Shown: positions 28,837 to 39,490, counted from the stretch's first letter. The stretch: DNA of 64,000 nucleotides from Clostridium sp. CAG:411 (GCA_000437275.1 FR899730.1:45534-109533); one strand, 5' to 3'. Notes: generated by a model not told the origin, from the sequence alone. Made by a program: numbers and translations.

Positions 28837-29835
28837 ATGAATGTAAACATAATCAGTAAATATCGTTCTCAACTGATGGGTATTGCCATCGTACTGGTTG
28901 CATTATTTCATAGCAATATTGTCAGAGCAAACAATGTTTTGGATTATCTTTGTTTTAGCGGAGATATAGGAGTAGATATGTTCTTTTTCCTCTCTGGCTT
29001 TGGCATGTTTTATGCGTATTTGAAAAAGCCTACAGTACAAGGGTTTTACTGGAAACGTTTAGTTAGAATTGTACCTGTTTGGTTTTTGGTGAATTTATAT
29101 ATTCAATTGGATAATGCGGGATTTCAGGTACAACACATAAATTTGTTGGAATTTTTCAAACAAATGACAGGCTTTAGTTTTTGGATAGATGGAAATTTAT
29201 ATTTTTGGTATATTCCAGCACAGTTGGCATTCTACCTCATCACGCCATTGTTTATGTATTTTTACAGGAAGGATAAAAAAAATGCCTATGCGGTGTTTGG
29301 AATTGCATGGATTATTTTGTTACTTGTAAGTATATTGTTGCATGATGCAAAATATTTTATATTTCTATTTCGTTGGCCAGTGTACTTTTTAGGAATCGGT
29401 ATAGGTGAATTAAGCTATAAACAGAAAAGTATTTCCAAAAGACAGATTACGGCACTTATGTTTCTTATGTTGGCAGGTTTTGTGTTAGTAGATTTTATCA
29501 GAAAAAATAATGGACATGGTATGATAAGATATGACTTCAAATATTTTGCTTATGTAGTGATTGTCATTCCATTCGTTTTTGGGTTGTCATGGATTTTTTC
29601 AAAGATTAAATGGAGAAAGGTTATACTAAGCTTTTTAGGTGGGATTACATTGGAAATATACCTGTTGCATGAGTTTATACTTAGAAAGATTTGCAGTGCG
29701 GTAGAGAAAATACCATTTGATTCTTGTGGAATTATTTTTAATATATTGGTGTTCATTGTGGCAGTTGGCATTTCATGGTTGTTGCATAGCTGTGTTACCT
29801 GTGTGGAGAAATGGAATAAAGAGAAAGTGAAATAG
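28837..29835 (+). CDS. Acyltransferase family 3 (membrane O-acyltransferase)
   Basis: YRSQLMGIAIVLVALFHS in a polytopic protein. Confidence 0.6.
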   Translation: MNVNIISKYRSQLMGIAIVLVALFHSNIVRANNVLDYLCFSGDIGVDMFFFLSGFGMFYAYLKKPTVQGFYWKRLVRIVPVWFLVNLYIQLDNAGFQVQHINLLEFFKQMTGFSFWIDGNLYFWYIPAQLAFYLITPLFMYFYRKDKKNAYAVFGIAWIILLLVSILLHDAKYFIFLFRWPVYFLGIGIGELSYKQKSISKRQITALMFLMLAGFVLVDFIRKNNGHGMIRYDFKYFAYVVIVIPFVFGLSWIFSKIKWRKVILSFLGGITLEIYLLHEFILRKICSAVEKIPFDSCGIIFNILVFIVAVGISWLLHSCVTCVEKWNKEKVK

Positions 29836-29836
29836 T

Positions 29837-31549
29837 ATGGAAAAAAAGAGAGTAAAAAGTAAGTTGTTAGATGTTGTGATTGCGTTTGGCAGTGTTTTTC
29901 TTATTGCAGGTATTCTTCTTTGGAAGTGCAGTATCATGTATCAAACCCCAGATGATCAATACATAATGTCCATTTTATCTGGAAAATTTCTGGGAACGCC
30001 CAGTGCGTATGTAATTTATATAAAGTATCCGTTGGTATATATACTGGCAAAGTTATATAAAATATTTCCTACGGTAAATGTATATGGAACTGCCCTACTT
30101 TTGTTTCAAATCATTGCAATAGGGATTCTTAGTTTCTATATAATAGAAAAGCAAGATAAAATCTCCCGAAAGTTAATGATATTACTGGGAATTTATAGTA
30201 TAGTAGGTTGTTGTTGGATGGGAAATTTATTGAGCATTACTTATACAACGACAGCAGCAGTGACAGGGGCAGCGGCAGTTGTTGTTTATACGTTGGGGAA
30301 GAATCGATGGATCGATTATGTTACGGCTATTATATTATGCTTTATTACTTTTAATCTTAGGAGTGCAGTGTTTATTATGATACTGCCGATTTGTGGAGTT
30401 TTTTGGTTAGACAAAATGCTTAGAGAAAAGGAATGGAAAAAGCAGTTTATTTGGCTGGCAGGTATCGGATGTATCATTGGCGGAACCTTTTTCATCAATA
30501 TGCAGGCGTATGGCAGTGAGGTTTGGAAAAATTATTTGCAATACAATCAAGCGAGAACACAACTTTATGATTATCATCAAGATGTAATAGAAAACTATGA
30601 TAAATATGAAAAGGTATATCAGAAACTGGGAATTTCCCAAAAAGAGAATGCCGTACTATTGTCAAAAAACTGGTCATTGTGTGATAAGAAACTGTATGAA
30701 AAGATGGGGGATTTGGCAAAGCAGGCAATACATAAGCTTGGGTTCATAGAGCAGTGTAAAAACACAGTAAAAAAAGTTATAGTTTCTGGTTTTCTGGATA
30801 ATAAAGGAATGCTTTTGTTTTCTGCTATTTTTTGGATGGCTGCTATTAGCATGGCGGTGAAAAAGAAAGAAAAACATATTTTATTGCTGGAAGGAGTGCA
30901 GGTAGTACTATTTGCTGTATTATGGTTCTATTTAGGCTACAAAGGTAGAATTATTCCAAGAGTAGCACATAGTTTATTGTTGCTACAAATGGTTACGCCA
31001 GTGATTTTTGTTCTTAAATTAGCGGAGGCTGGAATTCGTAAAATAACAGAAAAAAATGCAAAGCTTCTAAAAGGAATCATGCTTGTTTTATTATTGGGAA
31101 TTCTTGTGTTTGATGTCAGACTGATAAAAAAAATAGATCGAGTCAATAAAGAAAATACATCTGGTGATACCTATCATCAAATTGAAAACTATTGTAGGGA
31201 ACATGAGGGAAACTTCTATTTTGCGGATGTGACATCGATAGCAGCCTGTAATTATAAATATACGTTTTGGGAAGATAACAGATATGTAAATAACATAATG
31301 TTAGGAGATTGGTTTGCGAATAGCCCTGTTTATGATGAAAAATTAAAGAAGGAACATATTACTGAGGTGAGTGCTTCACTTTTAAAGAATAGGAATGTGT
31401 ACCTAATGGTTCGCGAAGTGGAACAGACGGATTATTTTGATGTTGTTTCGAAAGAGGTAAAATTAGTAGAAAAAGATAGAACAAATATGAAAGAATGTGC
31501 TTATGTATGTTATCAGTTGGAAGGTGATAGCATACCAGAAAAACAATAA
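29837..31549 (+). CDS. GT-C-fold-like membrane glycosyltransferase candidate, paralog 1 of 3
   Basis: 570 aa. The N-terminus is basic, then TM1, then a first-loop acidic motif MYQTPDDQYIMS. There are about 10 TM helices and a soluble C-terminal domain of about 170 aa. It shares the blocks SITYTTxAA, RGRIxxRVxxS, NFYFxDVxSI and MLGDWxxxSP with the 34019 and 35769 proteins. Confidence 0.4.
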   Translation: MEKKRVKSKLLDVVIAFGSVFLIAGILLWKCSIMYQTPDDQYIMSILSGKFLGTPSAYVIYIKYPLVYILAKLYKIFPTVNVYGTALLLFQIIAIGILSFYIIEKQDKISRKLMILLGIYSIVGCCWMGNLLSITYTTTAAVTGAAAVVVYTLGKNRWIDYVTAIILCFITFNLRSAVFIMILPICGVFWLDKMLREKEWKKQFIWLAGIGCIIGGTFFINMQAYGSEVWKNYLQYNQARTQLYDYHQDVIENYDKYEKVYQKLGISQKENAVLLSKNWSLCDKKLYEKMGDLAKQAIHKLGFIEQCKNTVKKVIVSGFLDNKGMLLFSAIFWMAAISMAVKKKEKHILLLEGVQVVLFAVLWFYLGYKGRIIPRVAHSLLLLQMVTPVIFVLKLAEAGIRKITEKNAKLLKGIMLVLLLGILVFDVRLIKKIDRVNKENTSGDTYHQIENYCREHEGNFYFADVTSIAACNYKYTFWEDNRYVNNIMLGDWFANSPVYDEKLKKEHITEVSASLLKNRNVYLMVREVEQTDYFDVVSKEVKLVEKDRTNMKECAYVCYQLEGDSIPEKQ

Positions 31550-31640
31550 TTCTTTTATGAATAGTTACATAGGTTGGAGTTGTTATAAAAAAAGCTATTG
31601 CAATAAAAGCTGTGTATGAAATATCAGTTAGGAGGATAAG

Positions 31641-33032
31641 ATGGATACAAAAAACAGTAAGATGCAATATAGTATTGCAATCGTCATAATAATGTTACTT
31701 TCGGCGGGATTTGTATATTATTTTTCAGGAACCACTTCTCCTGTAATTCCCGATTATTATGGAGATGATTCTGCTGTGTTTCAAGTGGTTGGAAAAGCAT
31801 GGACAAATGGAAAAATTCCATACATACAAGCGTTTGATCACAAAGGCCCATTCATTTTTTTCGTGGAGGCTTTGGGCTATTTGATTGGAAATTATACAGA
31901 GGAGTATAGTCTGGTATTTATAACATTTTCTATCTATTTGGGAGTAAAGTATCTTTTACAGGTAAATTGGAAGAAAAAAGAAACGTTGCTTCATCCGTGG
32001 AAGTATGCAGTTTGGTATGGAATTGCATTTACTGCAATACTCTTTATGAGAGTGACAAGTGCGATTGCAATTGTGTGTTTAGTATTTGTGATTTTGTGCA
32101 TTTTGCTACGTTTTGGCATGTGGAAAAATCTCTTAGAAAATATGGGTGGATTTTTATTCGGTGTGGCAATTGTTTTTGTACCATTTTCCTTGTATTTTCT
32201 TATAAAGGGTGCTTGGTATGATATGATGTATGGTACGATCATTCATAATATTATGTATGCATCGAGGTCCTCTATCTTTATGCAAACGGGAGCACCCTGG
32301 AAAAGTGTGTTAATCGCATTGTTTACGACTGGGTTATTACTTGTTGTTTCGATTTTATATTGGATATATGAAAGAAAAAATAATTGGATTCTTGGTGCCT
32401 ATGGAACCTTTTTATCCATTGTTACGTTGGGATTATTTTTTAGCATAAATCGATATTTACATTACTATCTGATTTCGGTTCCTTATTTTGTGTTGGCGGT
32501 AGGAATGATAGCAAAAATGAGGGTATGTGCGAAAGATAAGCTTTATAAAAAAGTTTTACTATTTTGTTGTTATTTTCTATTGATTGTACAAGTTGCTCTG
32601 GGAATTGAGCGATGGAAAAGACAAGAGTATAGCAATGATATTTTTAGAGGTTATGCAAAGTCGTATAAATCTTGTGAAGAACAGCTTATGGCACATATTC
32701 CTGCAAAGGAAAAGGATGATTTTCTCGCATTTGGTTCGAATGCATTGTCACAGTGGTACTTATTGGCAGATGTGGATCCAAGTTATAGATTTTGTTTTGC
32801 ACAAAGCTGGATGGCAAGTTACAGTGATAAGCTAAAAACAGAAATTTCTGAATACTTGAATGATAAACCTGCAAAATGGATTGTTGTAGATGTAGATTAC
32901 GATACGGAGGAAATGGAAACAGAGTATTGTGCTGAATTTGCCGACATCATACAAAAAAGATATGCGTTAATAGATACGGCAAAAATGAAGGATAACCATA
33001 TATGTTTTCAGTTATATCGATTTGTAGAGTAG
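31641..33032 (+). CDS. GT-C-fold-like membrane glycosyltransferase candidate (distinct family); immediately upstream of the GtrB-like gene
   Basis: 463 aa. TM1 is followed by the loop motif PDYYGDDSAVFQVVGKAW, with about 11 TM helices. The pairing with a GtrB-like enzyme resembles GtrB/GtrC, CsbB/YfhO and GtlA/GtlB systems. Confidence 0.4.
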   Translation: MDTKNSKMQYSIAIVIIMLLSAGFVYYFSGTTSPVIPDYYGDDSAVFQVVGKAWTNGKIPYIQAFDHKGPFIFFVEALGYLIGNYTEEYSLVFITFSIYLGVKYLLQVNWKKKETLLHPWKYAVWYGIAFTAILFMRVTSAIAIVCLVFVILCILLRFGMWKNLLENMGGFLFGVAIVFVPFSLYFLIKGAWYDMMYGTIIHNIMYASRSSIFMQTGAPWKSVLIALFTTGLLLVVSILYWIYERKNNWILGAYGTFLSIVTLGLFFSINRYLHYYLISVPYFVLAVGMIAKMRVCAKDKLYKKVLLFCCYFLLIVQVALGIERWKRQEYSNDIFRGYAKSYKSCEEQLMAHIPAKEKDDFLAFGSNALSQWYLLADVDPSYRFCFAQSWMASYSDKLKTEISEYLNDKPAKWIVVDVDYDTEEMETEYCAEFADIIQKRYALIDTAKMKDNHICFQLYRFVE

Positions 33033-33060
33033 ATAAGAAAATAGAAAGAGGAGTGAGTAT

Positions 33061-34005
33061 ATGAAAAAGTGTTCTGTAGTGGTACCTTGCTATAATGAAG
33101 AAGAAACCATACCAATTTTTTATAAAGAGATACAAAAATACATTGTAAATATTCCGCAGTTAGAGTTTGAATTTATTTTTGTAGATGATGGAAGTAAAGA
33201 TGCGTCCTTACAGGAAATGAAAGCACTTGCGGCAAAAGATAAAAGAGTAAAGTACATATCCTTTTCCAGAAATTTTGGAAAAGAGGCTGGTTTGTTTGCT
33301 GGATTGGAGGCAACAACAGGGGATTACATTGTAACTATGGACGTAGATTTGCAGGACCCACCTTATTTATTGGAAAAAATGTATCAGGCAGTTGCAGAAG
33401 AAGGGTATGATTGTGCAGCAACCAGACGGACAAATCGAAAGGGCGAGGCGAGAATACGTTCTTGGTTTGCAAAAAAGTTCTATCAAATTATAAATAAGAT
33501 TTCCAATGCAGACATTGTAGATGGGGCAAGAGATTATCGATTTATGACGCGGCAAATGGTTGATTCAATTTTATCCATGCGAGAGTACAATCGTTTCACA
33601 AAAGGAATCTTTGGATGGATTGGATTTAAGACAAAATGGATACCGTTTGAAAATGTAGAGCGATCCGCAGGAACTACGAAATGGTCATTTTGGAAATTGA
33701 CTTTATATGCGTTGGAGGGAATCATTGCGTTTTCCACTACACCATTATGGATATCATCTTTGCTGGGAATTTTCTGTTGCTTTGTTTCCTTACTTGCATT
33801 GGCGTTTATTATTATTCGTGCATTGATGTATGGAGATCCTGTTGCTGGTTGGCCTTCTATGATTTCTGTGATTATCTTTATTGGAGGGCTTCAATTATTT
33901 TGCATGGGAATTTTAGGAATGTATGTTTCTAAACTTTATTTGGAGGCGAAAAGAAGACCTATTTATATTACAAGGGAAACTAATATCAAGACGAAGGAAG
34001 AGTAG
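33061..34005 (+). CDS. Polyprenyl-phosphate sugar synthase (GtrB/CsbB/DPM1-like GT2 with C-terminal TM helices)
   Basis: MKKCSVVVPCYNEEETI...FIFVDDGSKDAS...NFGKEAGLFAGLEATTGDYIVTMDVDLQDPP, followed by two C-terminal TM segments. Confidence 0.75.
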   Translation: MKKCSVVVPCYNEEETIPIFYKEIQKYIVNIPQLEFEFIFVDDGSKDASLQEMKALAAKDKRVKYISFSRNFGKEAGLFAGLEATTGDYIVTMDVDLQDPPYLLEKMYQAVAEEGYDCAATRRTNRKGEARIRSWFAKKFYQIINKISNADIVDGARDYRFMTRQMVDSILSMREYNRFTKGIFGWIGFKTKWIPFENVERSAGTTKWSFWKLTLYALEGIIAFSTTPLWISSLLGIFCCFVSLLALAFIIIRALMYGDPVAGWPSMISVIIFIGGLQLFCMGILGMYVSKLYLEAKRRPIYITRETNIKTKEE

Positions 34006-34018
34006 GAGTGTTTAATAT

Positions 34019-35719
34019 ATGAAAGAAAAGAAAGAAAAGAAAGAAAACAGAAAGTGGGCAGCATTGCTGTCGGTGGGTGCAACCGTACTGTTGCTAGTAA
34101 TATGTGTAATCGGAATTCCATTTATGTATCAGGTATGTGATGATAAATATTTGATGCAATTTGCATCAGGGCAATATTTGGGAACACCTAGTGACTATAT
34201 GATACATATCCGTTTTCCAATTAGTTATTTGTACTCTTTTTTCTATAAGCTATATGATGGAGTTGACTGGTATGGAACAATTATGATCGGAATGCAACTA
34301 CTTTGTTTAACATTGCTTGTTTATAAAATACTAAAAAAGATTGAATCCCAAAAGGCAAAGATAGCTGTAGTAATTCTTGTATATGGTATTGTGCTTTCCA
34401 TGTGGATTACAGAGATTGTAAGCATTACTTATACAACAGCCGCTGCTTTTTTAGGATTGACAGCCATTGTATGGTATGCTATCTCAGACAAAAAATGGAA
34501 GGATTACTTGTTTTGTATTCTTCTTATGGTGATTTGCTATAATATCCGCTATGAAACATTTTATATGGTAGCACCGTTTGCAGCCGTTTTATGGTTGTAT
34601 GATTTTATTATGCAGAAAAAGAAACTGGCACCGATTTTATTTGTGCTTGGACTGGGAGCTGGTTTGTTAGCAGTTATTTTATTTGACCATCATATGTATG
34701 GTTCTGCGGACTGGAAACATTTATTTGCCTATAATGAAAAACGTATCTTGTTGTATGATTACTATCATGATGATTTACTGGATTATAGTAAATATGAGGA
34801 ACAATATAAAAAATTAGGTATGGATGAAACCAGTCGGGATATTATTGAGTCCTATGACGTAACATTAGTTCCTGAATTACAGGATCAGATACAGAAATTA
34901 GTGGACGTACATACAGAAAATCGTTCAATAGCAGAGAGATTAAAAGAAGATTTTCATAAAATTATATTTGATGTTCTATTAGGAAATAAATTAGTAACAT
35001 TACTTTCTGCCATTGTGTGGATACTGACCTTTTCATTGTTGATTCGTTATAAAGATTGGATCAGGGTTCGTTTGGCTGTGGGATTTGTGGGATTGCAGGT
35101 AGCCTTATGGTTGTATCTAGGCTTCCGTGGACGTATTATGACTCGCGTTTCCAGAAGTATGATGTTTCTATTTACAATAATGGCATTGCTTTGCATATAT
35201 TTCTTTTGGCAGGATAGAAAAGATGAAATTGATTGGAAGCGTATTCCAAAAAGTTTGATTGCGGCTTGTTGTGTTGTCCTGTTGGGAACATCCTGTGTGG
35301 CATATGCTAAGCAGAGAAATATAAATCTAGATTCTTATGCCAGAACAAGTTACTATGATGTGGAATCCTATTGTAATTCTCATGCAAATAATTTCTATTT
35401 TGTAGATGTATTTTCTATTTCCAATTATGAAGGTGGATACCATTATAACTTTTTCAATAAAAATGAATACGTGAATTTTGCCATGTTGGGGGATTGGATG
35501 GGATATAGTCCACTGTTCTGGCAAAAATTAAATGATAAAGGAATCACCAATATTCAAGATTCTATTTTTGAGGAAGATAATATATATGTAATTGCAAGTA
35601 CCGATCGGGATATGAGTTTTATGGAGAAATTGAGAGACAATGTTACTTGTAAAGTGGTAGATACCATTCAGAGTTCAAGAGGGGTTGTTTACAATGTATA
35701 CCAACTAACAGAGCAATAA
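34019..35719 (+). CDS. GT-C-fold-like membrane glycosyltransferase candidate, paralog 2 of 3
   Basis: 566 aa with the loop motif MYQVCDDKYLMQ. It has the same conserved blocks and architecture as 29837 and 35769. Confidence 0.4.
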   Translation: MKEKKEKKENRKWAALLSVGATVLLLVICVIGIPFMYQVCDDKYLMQFASGQYLGTPSDYMIHIRFPISYLYSFFYKLYDGVDWYGTIMIGMQLLCLTLLVYKILKKIESQKAKIAVVILVYGIVLSMWITEIVSITYTTAAAFLGLTAIVWYAISDKKWKDYLFCILLMVICYNIRYETFYMVAPFAAVLWLYDFIMQKKKLAPILFVLGLGAGLLAVILFDHHMYGSADWKHLFAYNEKRILLYDYYHDDLLDYSKYEEQYKKLGMDETSRDIIESYDVTLVPELQDQIQKLVDVHTENRSIAERLKEDFHKIIFDVLLGNKLVTLLSAIVWILTFSLLIRYKDWIRVRLAVGFVGLQVALWLYLGFRGRIMTRVSRSMMFLFTIMALLCIYFFWQDRKDEIDWKRIPKSLIAACCVVLLGTSCVAYAKQRNINLDSYARTSYYDVESYCNSHANNFYFVDVFSISNYEGGYHYNFFNKNEYVNFAMLGDWMGYSPLFWQKLNDKGITNIQDSIFEEDNIYVIASTDRDMSFMEKLRDNVTCKVVDTIQSSRGVVYNVYQLTEQ

Positions 35720-35768
35720 GGGGGGATTGCAAAAGAGTTAGATACAGGTTAAGAAGTAAGGAGTAAAA

Positions 35769-37490
35769 ATGGAAAAGACGGAGAAAAATCATGTATTAGA
35801 AAATGTAATAGTAGTATTGCTTCCATTGGCTGTGTTTGCTATATGGGTATTGACTTGTTGGGATTTAAACTATCAGGTGCATGATGATCGCTATATGATG
35901 GAGTTTGTTTCAGGAAAATTTTTAGGACATTCAGATGCACATTTAGTATATATCAAATATTTATTTGGACTGTTTTTAAAGTTTATGTATACTACATGGA
36001 CTGGCATTGATTGGTATGGCACATTTTTATTTGTGATTCAGTTTGCGACAATAGGAATTATAAACTGGTATTTAGTCTGCAGACAAAAGAAATTGCGTTG
36101 GAAGGTAGTCACAGTAGCAGTATTTTACAGTTTCTTTTGCCTTTGCTGGTTAAATGAGGTAACTTGTTTTACCTATACAACAGTAGCGGCATTAGTTGGA
36201 GCAGCGATACTGGTTGTGTTTGCGTTGGCAAAAGATCGGTTACAGGATTTTGTTATTGTAATCCTACTTTGCCTGTGTTGCTTTAATCTGCGGGCAGATG
36301 TTTTTTTCATGGTTTTGCCCTTTGCAGGAGTCTTATGGTTGTACAAATGTATCAAAACAAAGGATATACGATATGTAAAATTCTTAATTGGTTTGGGCGT
36401 TGCGTTGGCAGTATGCTTTGGACTTGACCAGTATGCTTATAAAGATAAGGAATGGAAGGCGTATCAGGAGTATAATCAGGCACGTACTTTGTTTTATGAC
36501 TATTATTATGACGATATGGTTGTGTATGAGAATTATAAAGAAACCTATGAAAAGTTAGGAATTACCAAGAATGCCTGTGAAATTTTAAAATCCTATGATT
36601 TATCTTTGTATGATGAGAAACTGTATGAAAAAATAAAAGAACTTCCCCAATATCATATGGATAAAGGCAGCATTTTTCATAAGATGTGGAACGGACTAAA
36701 GACGGTTGTAACAGACGGATTATTAGAGAGCAAAGTAATGACAATCGTATCTATTTTATTCTGGGGCATTGCAATCTTACTTGCATTACTGGGTGGGGAT
36801 AAAAATAGTATTCTGATAGAGGCAGTATATATTGTGTGTCATGTGATTTTATGGGAGTATCTGGGATGTAGAGGAAGAATTCTACCAAGAGTGGCACATA
36901 GTATGTTGTTAATACAAATAATAACCCCTTGTATTTGTGGCCTTTTTGCATGGGAACATAGAAAAGAACGAAGCTTTAAGTGGAAAAGAAAGCTAGTGGC
37001 GCAAATGGGATTGGTTGGTTTTGGAGTTATTCTTATCGGTGTATGTTCTTATGATATTTTACATGCACGTAAACTAATCAACAAAAATCACAAGGAAGCA
37101 GGATGGCGAGATCATTATATCATGGAAGAATATTGTAAGGAAAACCCAGATAATTTCTATTTTTTTGATGTTTTTTCTGTGGTGGAATGTAAGTATACAT
37201 ACACATTTCATAATCCTAATACATACGAAAACTTTTTATCTTTAGGAGATTGGTTTGGAAATAGCCCAATCTATAAAGAAAAGCTTAAATTAGAGCAAAT
37301 AAACAGTGTTAGAGATGCAGTATTGCATAATAAAAATGTTTATATCATTGGAATAAAAGGGAGAGATTTGAGTTATATTACAGGAATTACAAATGAAAGA
37401 CTGGAATTGAAAGCGGTGGATGATTTAACTGGAGGAAATGATGAGTATGTGGTTTATAAAATAAAGTATCTTACCGATAAGCAATTCTAG
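35769..37490 (+). CDS. GT-C-fold-like membrane glycosyltransferase candidate, paralog 3 of 3
   Basis: 573 aa with the loop motif NYQVHDDRYMME and the same conserved blocks. Confidence 0.4.
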   Translation: MEKTEKNHVLENVIVVLLPLAVFAIWVLTCWDLNYQVHDDRYMMEFVSGKFLGHSDAHLVYIKYLFGLFLKFMYTTWTGIDWYGTFLFVIQFATIGIINWYLVCRQKKLRWKVVTVAVFYSFFCLCWLNEVTCFTYTTVAALVGAAILVVFALAKDRLQDFVIVILLCLCCFNLRADVFFMVLPFAGVLWLYKCIKTKDIRYVKFLIGLGVALAVCFGLDQYAYKDKEWKAYQEYNQARTLFYDYYYDDMVVYENYKETYEKLGITKNACEILKSYDLSLYDEKLYEKIKELPQYHMDKGSIFHKMWNGLKTVVTDGLLESKVMTIVSILFWGIAILLALLGGDKNSILIEAVYIVCHVILWEYLGCRGRILPRVAHSMLLIQIITPCICGLFAWEHRKERSFKWKRKLVAQMGLVGFGVILIGVCSYDILHARKLINKNHKEAGWRDHYIMEEYCKENPDNFYFFDVFSVVECKYTYTFHNPNTYENFLSLGDWFGNSPIYKEKLKLEQINSVRDAVLHNKNVYIIGIKGRDLSYITGITNERLELKAVDDLTGGNDEYVVYKIKYLTDKQF

Positions 37491-37559
37491 TATATTATAG
37501 TATGAAAAACAAAGGAATAAGAATGCTCATGTTACATTGGAATAGGGAGGAAACGAAGT

Positions 37560-39260
37560 ATGAAAAAATGGAGTAAAGGTTTGGATGCTCTGACGAAATG
37601 GACGGTATCTATATTGTTTACTGTGATAATTCTCTTTTTAACAGGCATCAGTATATTCGGCAATTGTTATATGGATAATAATGAGTTTACTTATTTTGTA
37701 TCAGATCGTGCATGGATGCATATGTTAAGTATAACAGTAGTATTGCTGATAGGCCTTAGCTATCGTAAATTTTTGAAGGGAAAACTTTTCGAACGGTCGA
37801 AAAAAATAATCTGGATGGTTGTTATGGGCGTGTATCTGATTATAGTTACAAGTATCGCATTGTATTTGTCGTTGGAGCCAAGGGCAGATCAGAAACATGT
37901 GGTAGAAACAGCTACGGAAATGTTACATGGCAGATATACAGCCTTTGCAAAAGGTGGATATATGGACCTATACCCAAATCAAACGGGAATTGTATATATT
38001 TTTTATTGGTTGTTTCGCATATTCCCTTTTGGTTATAAAGTAGTAATTTTGTTAAATGTAATTGCACTACTGGTAATTTTTCTTGGAATGACGGGAATTG
38101 GTAGAGTATTATTAAAAGAAGGACAGGAAAGATATGCAACAGGTATTATGACGATGTTGTTTTTTCCATTAGTATGCTATGTAACATTTATTTATGGGAA
38201 TCTGATGGGAATGGCACTTTCAACGCTGGGATTGTATGCGACATTACAATATCTGAAAACACGAAAAATAAGCTGGATAAGCTGTGCTGTAGTTGCATCT
38301 GCCTTTGCTGTATTGATAAAAGAAAATTACTTAATTCCTGTGATTGGCATTGTAATCTTTATTGTACTGGACTTTTTCCGAACAAAAGATAAGAAATCTA
38401 TTGGCTTTTTAGTTGGATTGCTTTTTCTAACAATCGGAGTAACCAGTGTAGCACAGCTACATACAGAACATATAACAGGGTATAAAAAATCTTCTGGAAT
38501 TCCATCTTTGGCATGGGTAGAAATGGGAATGCAAGAGGGATATACAGGTTATGGATGGTATAATGAATATAATAAAAAAGTATATAAGGAAAATGACTGT
38601 GATACCAAAAAAGCAAAGCGACAGGTGAAAAAGGATCTTGTTGTGACCGTAAAGACGTTTGCTTCCAATCCTGCATATGCATTGAAATTCTTCTATCAAA
38701 AAGTAGCATCGGAATGGAATAATCCGACATTTGAGGGTGTGTGGATTAATAATACCTATAGAAGAGAATTGGAAAAGGTGGAGGTAAAACCTGTATCAAA
38801 GTTTTTTACTACAATGATAAATGAACCAGGAAGGAAAGGAATAAAAGAGTATTGTAACTTGTTTCAGACCTTAACTTTAGTTGGGGTGTGTATGTGGCTT
38901 TTGCTTGGACGAAAAGAAGTAAAAATAAACCAATTGTTACCAATAACTATATTTGTTGGAGGATTTATATTTCACTTTTTCTGGGAGGCAAAAGGACAAT
39001 ATGTTATGTCATATTTTGTTTTATTATTTCCATATGCAGTACGTGGGTATCAGCACCTACTAAAACAACTGGAAGAATTCTGCAACAAAAAAGAGGAAAC
39101 ATGGAGCGTCAGATGTAAGAAAAATAGGAGAGTGATTGTGTTAATGGCAGCATTTGTAATTATCCTACTTGTTTCCGTAGCAGGGCAACAGTATATGGAT
39201 AAAGTGGTAGGATTTCAAAATGCAAAGTATGAGGAATTTTTGAGGGAGGGAAATAAGTAG
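37560..39260 (+). CDS. GT-C-fold-like membrane glycosyltransferase candidate (PMT/ArnT-like)
   Basis: 566 aa. The N-terminal part is polytopic and has an acidic first-loop region (NCYMDNNEFTYFVSD). The second loop has an ADQKHVVETATEMLHGRY motif that resembles the ArnT/PMT family. The C-terminal domain is soluble. Confidence 0.35.
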   Translation: MKKWSKGLDALTKWTVSILFTVIILFLTGISIFGNCYMDNNEFTYFVSDRAWMHMLSITVVLLIGLSYRKFLKGKLFERSKKIIWMVVMGVYLIIVTSIALYLSLEPRADQKHVVETATEMLHGRYTAFAKGGYMDLYPNQTGIVYIFYWLFRIFPFGYKVVILLNVIALLVIFLGMTGIGRVLLKEGQERYATGIMTMLFFPLVCYVTFIYGNLMGMALSTLGLYATLQYLKTRKISWISCAVVASAFAVLIKENYLIPVIGIVIFIVLDFFRTKDKKSIGFLVGLLFLTIGVTSVAQLHTEHITGYKKSSGIPSLAWVEMGMQEGYTGYGWYNEYNKKVYKENDCDTKKAKRQVKKDLVVTVKTFASNPAYALKFFYQKVASEWNNPTFEGVWINNTYRRELEKVEVKPVSKFFTTMINEPGRKGIKEYCNLFQTLTLVGVCMWLLLGRKEVKINQLLPITIFVGGFIFHFFWEAKGQYVMSYFVLLFPYAVRGYQHLLKQLEEFCNKKEETWSVRCKKNRRVIVLMAAFVIILLVSVAGQQYMDKVVGFQNAKYEEFLREGNK

Positions 39261-39314
39261 AAAAAGGTATTGAAAATTGGTAACATAGTCCCATTTTTAT
39301 CATATGCTAAAGTA

Positions 39315-39323
39315 TGGTAGAAT
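39315..39323 (+). promoter_or_regulatory. Extended -10 promoter element (TGgTAGAAT) upstream of the riboswitch
   Basis: TG at 39315-39316 and TAGAAT at 39318-39323. The predicted TSS is about 25-30 nt before the aptamer. Confidence 0.3.
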
Positions 39324-39354
39324 AACAATAAGAAAAGAAGAAAACTAAACAAAC

Positions 39355-39435
39355 GAAAAGGCAAACTTATCGAAAGATAGGGGCGCAAAGCCAAGGGTCT
39401 AAGGTGAAAAACTATGACAGCCGGTTACCGAATTT
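39355..39435 (+). promoter_or_regulatory. c-di-GMP-I (GEMM) riboswitch aptamer
   Basis: The sequence AAAGGCAAACTTATCGAAAGATAGGGGCGCAAAGCCAAGGGTCTAAGG...ACAGCCGGTTACCGAA matches the Vibrio Vc2 aptamer block for block. GGCAAACC, the CGAAAG GNRA hairpin, GGGACGCAAAGCC, GGCCUAAAC and GGUUACCGA are all represented. Confidence 0.8.
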
Positions 39436-39447
39436 TTGGTATACGTA

Positions 39448-39490
39448 AGGACTCTATTGGATTCTATCCAAAAGAGTCCTTTTTTTGTTT
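39448..39490 (+). terminator. Intrinsic terminator acting as the riboswitch expression platform
   Basis: AGGACTCT (39448-39455) pairs with AGAGTCCT (39473-39480) and TTTTTTTGTTTG follows. It lies 30 nt upstream of the ATG at 39520. Confidence 0.7.
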
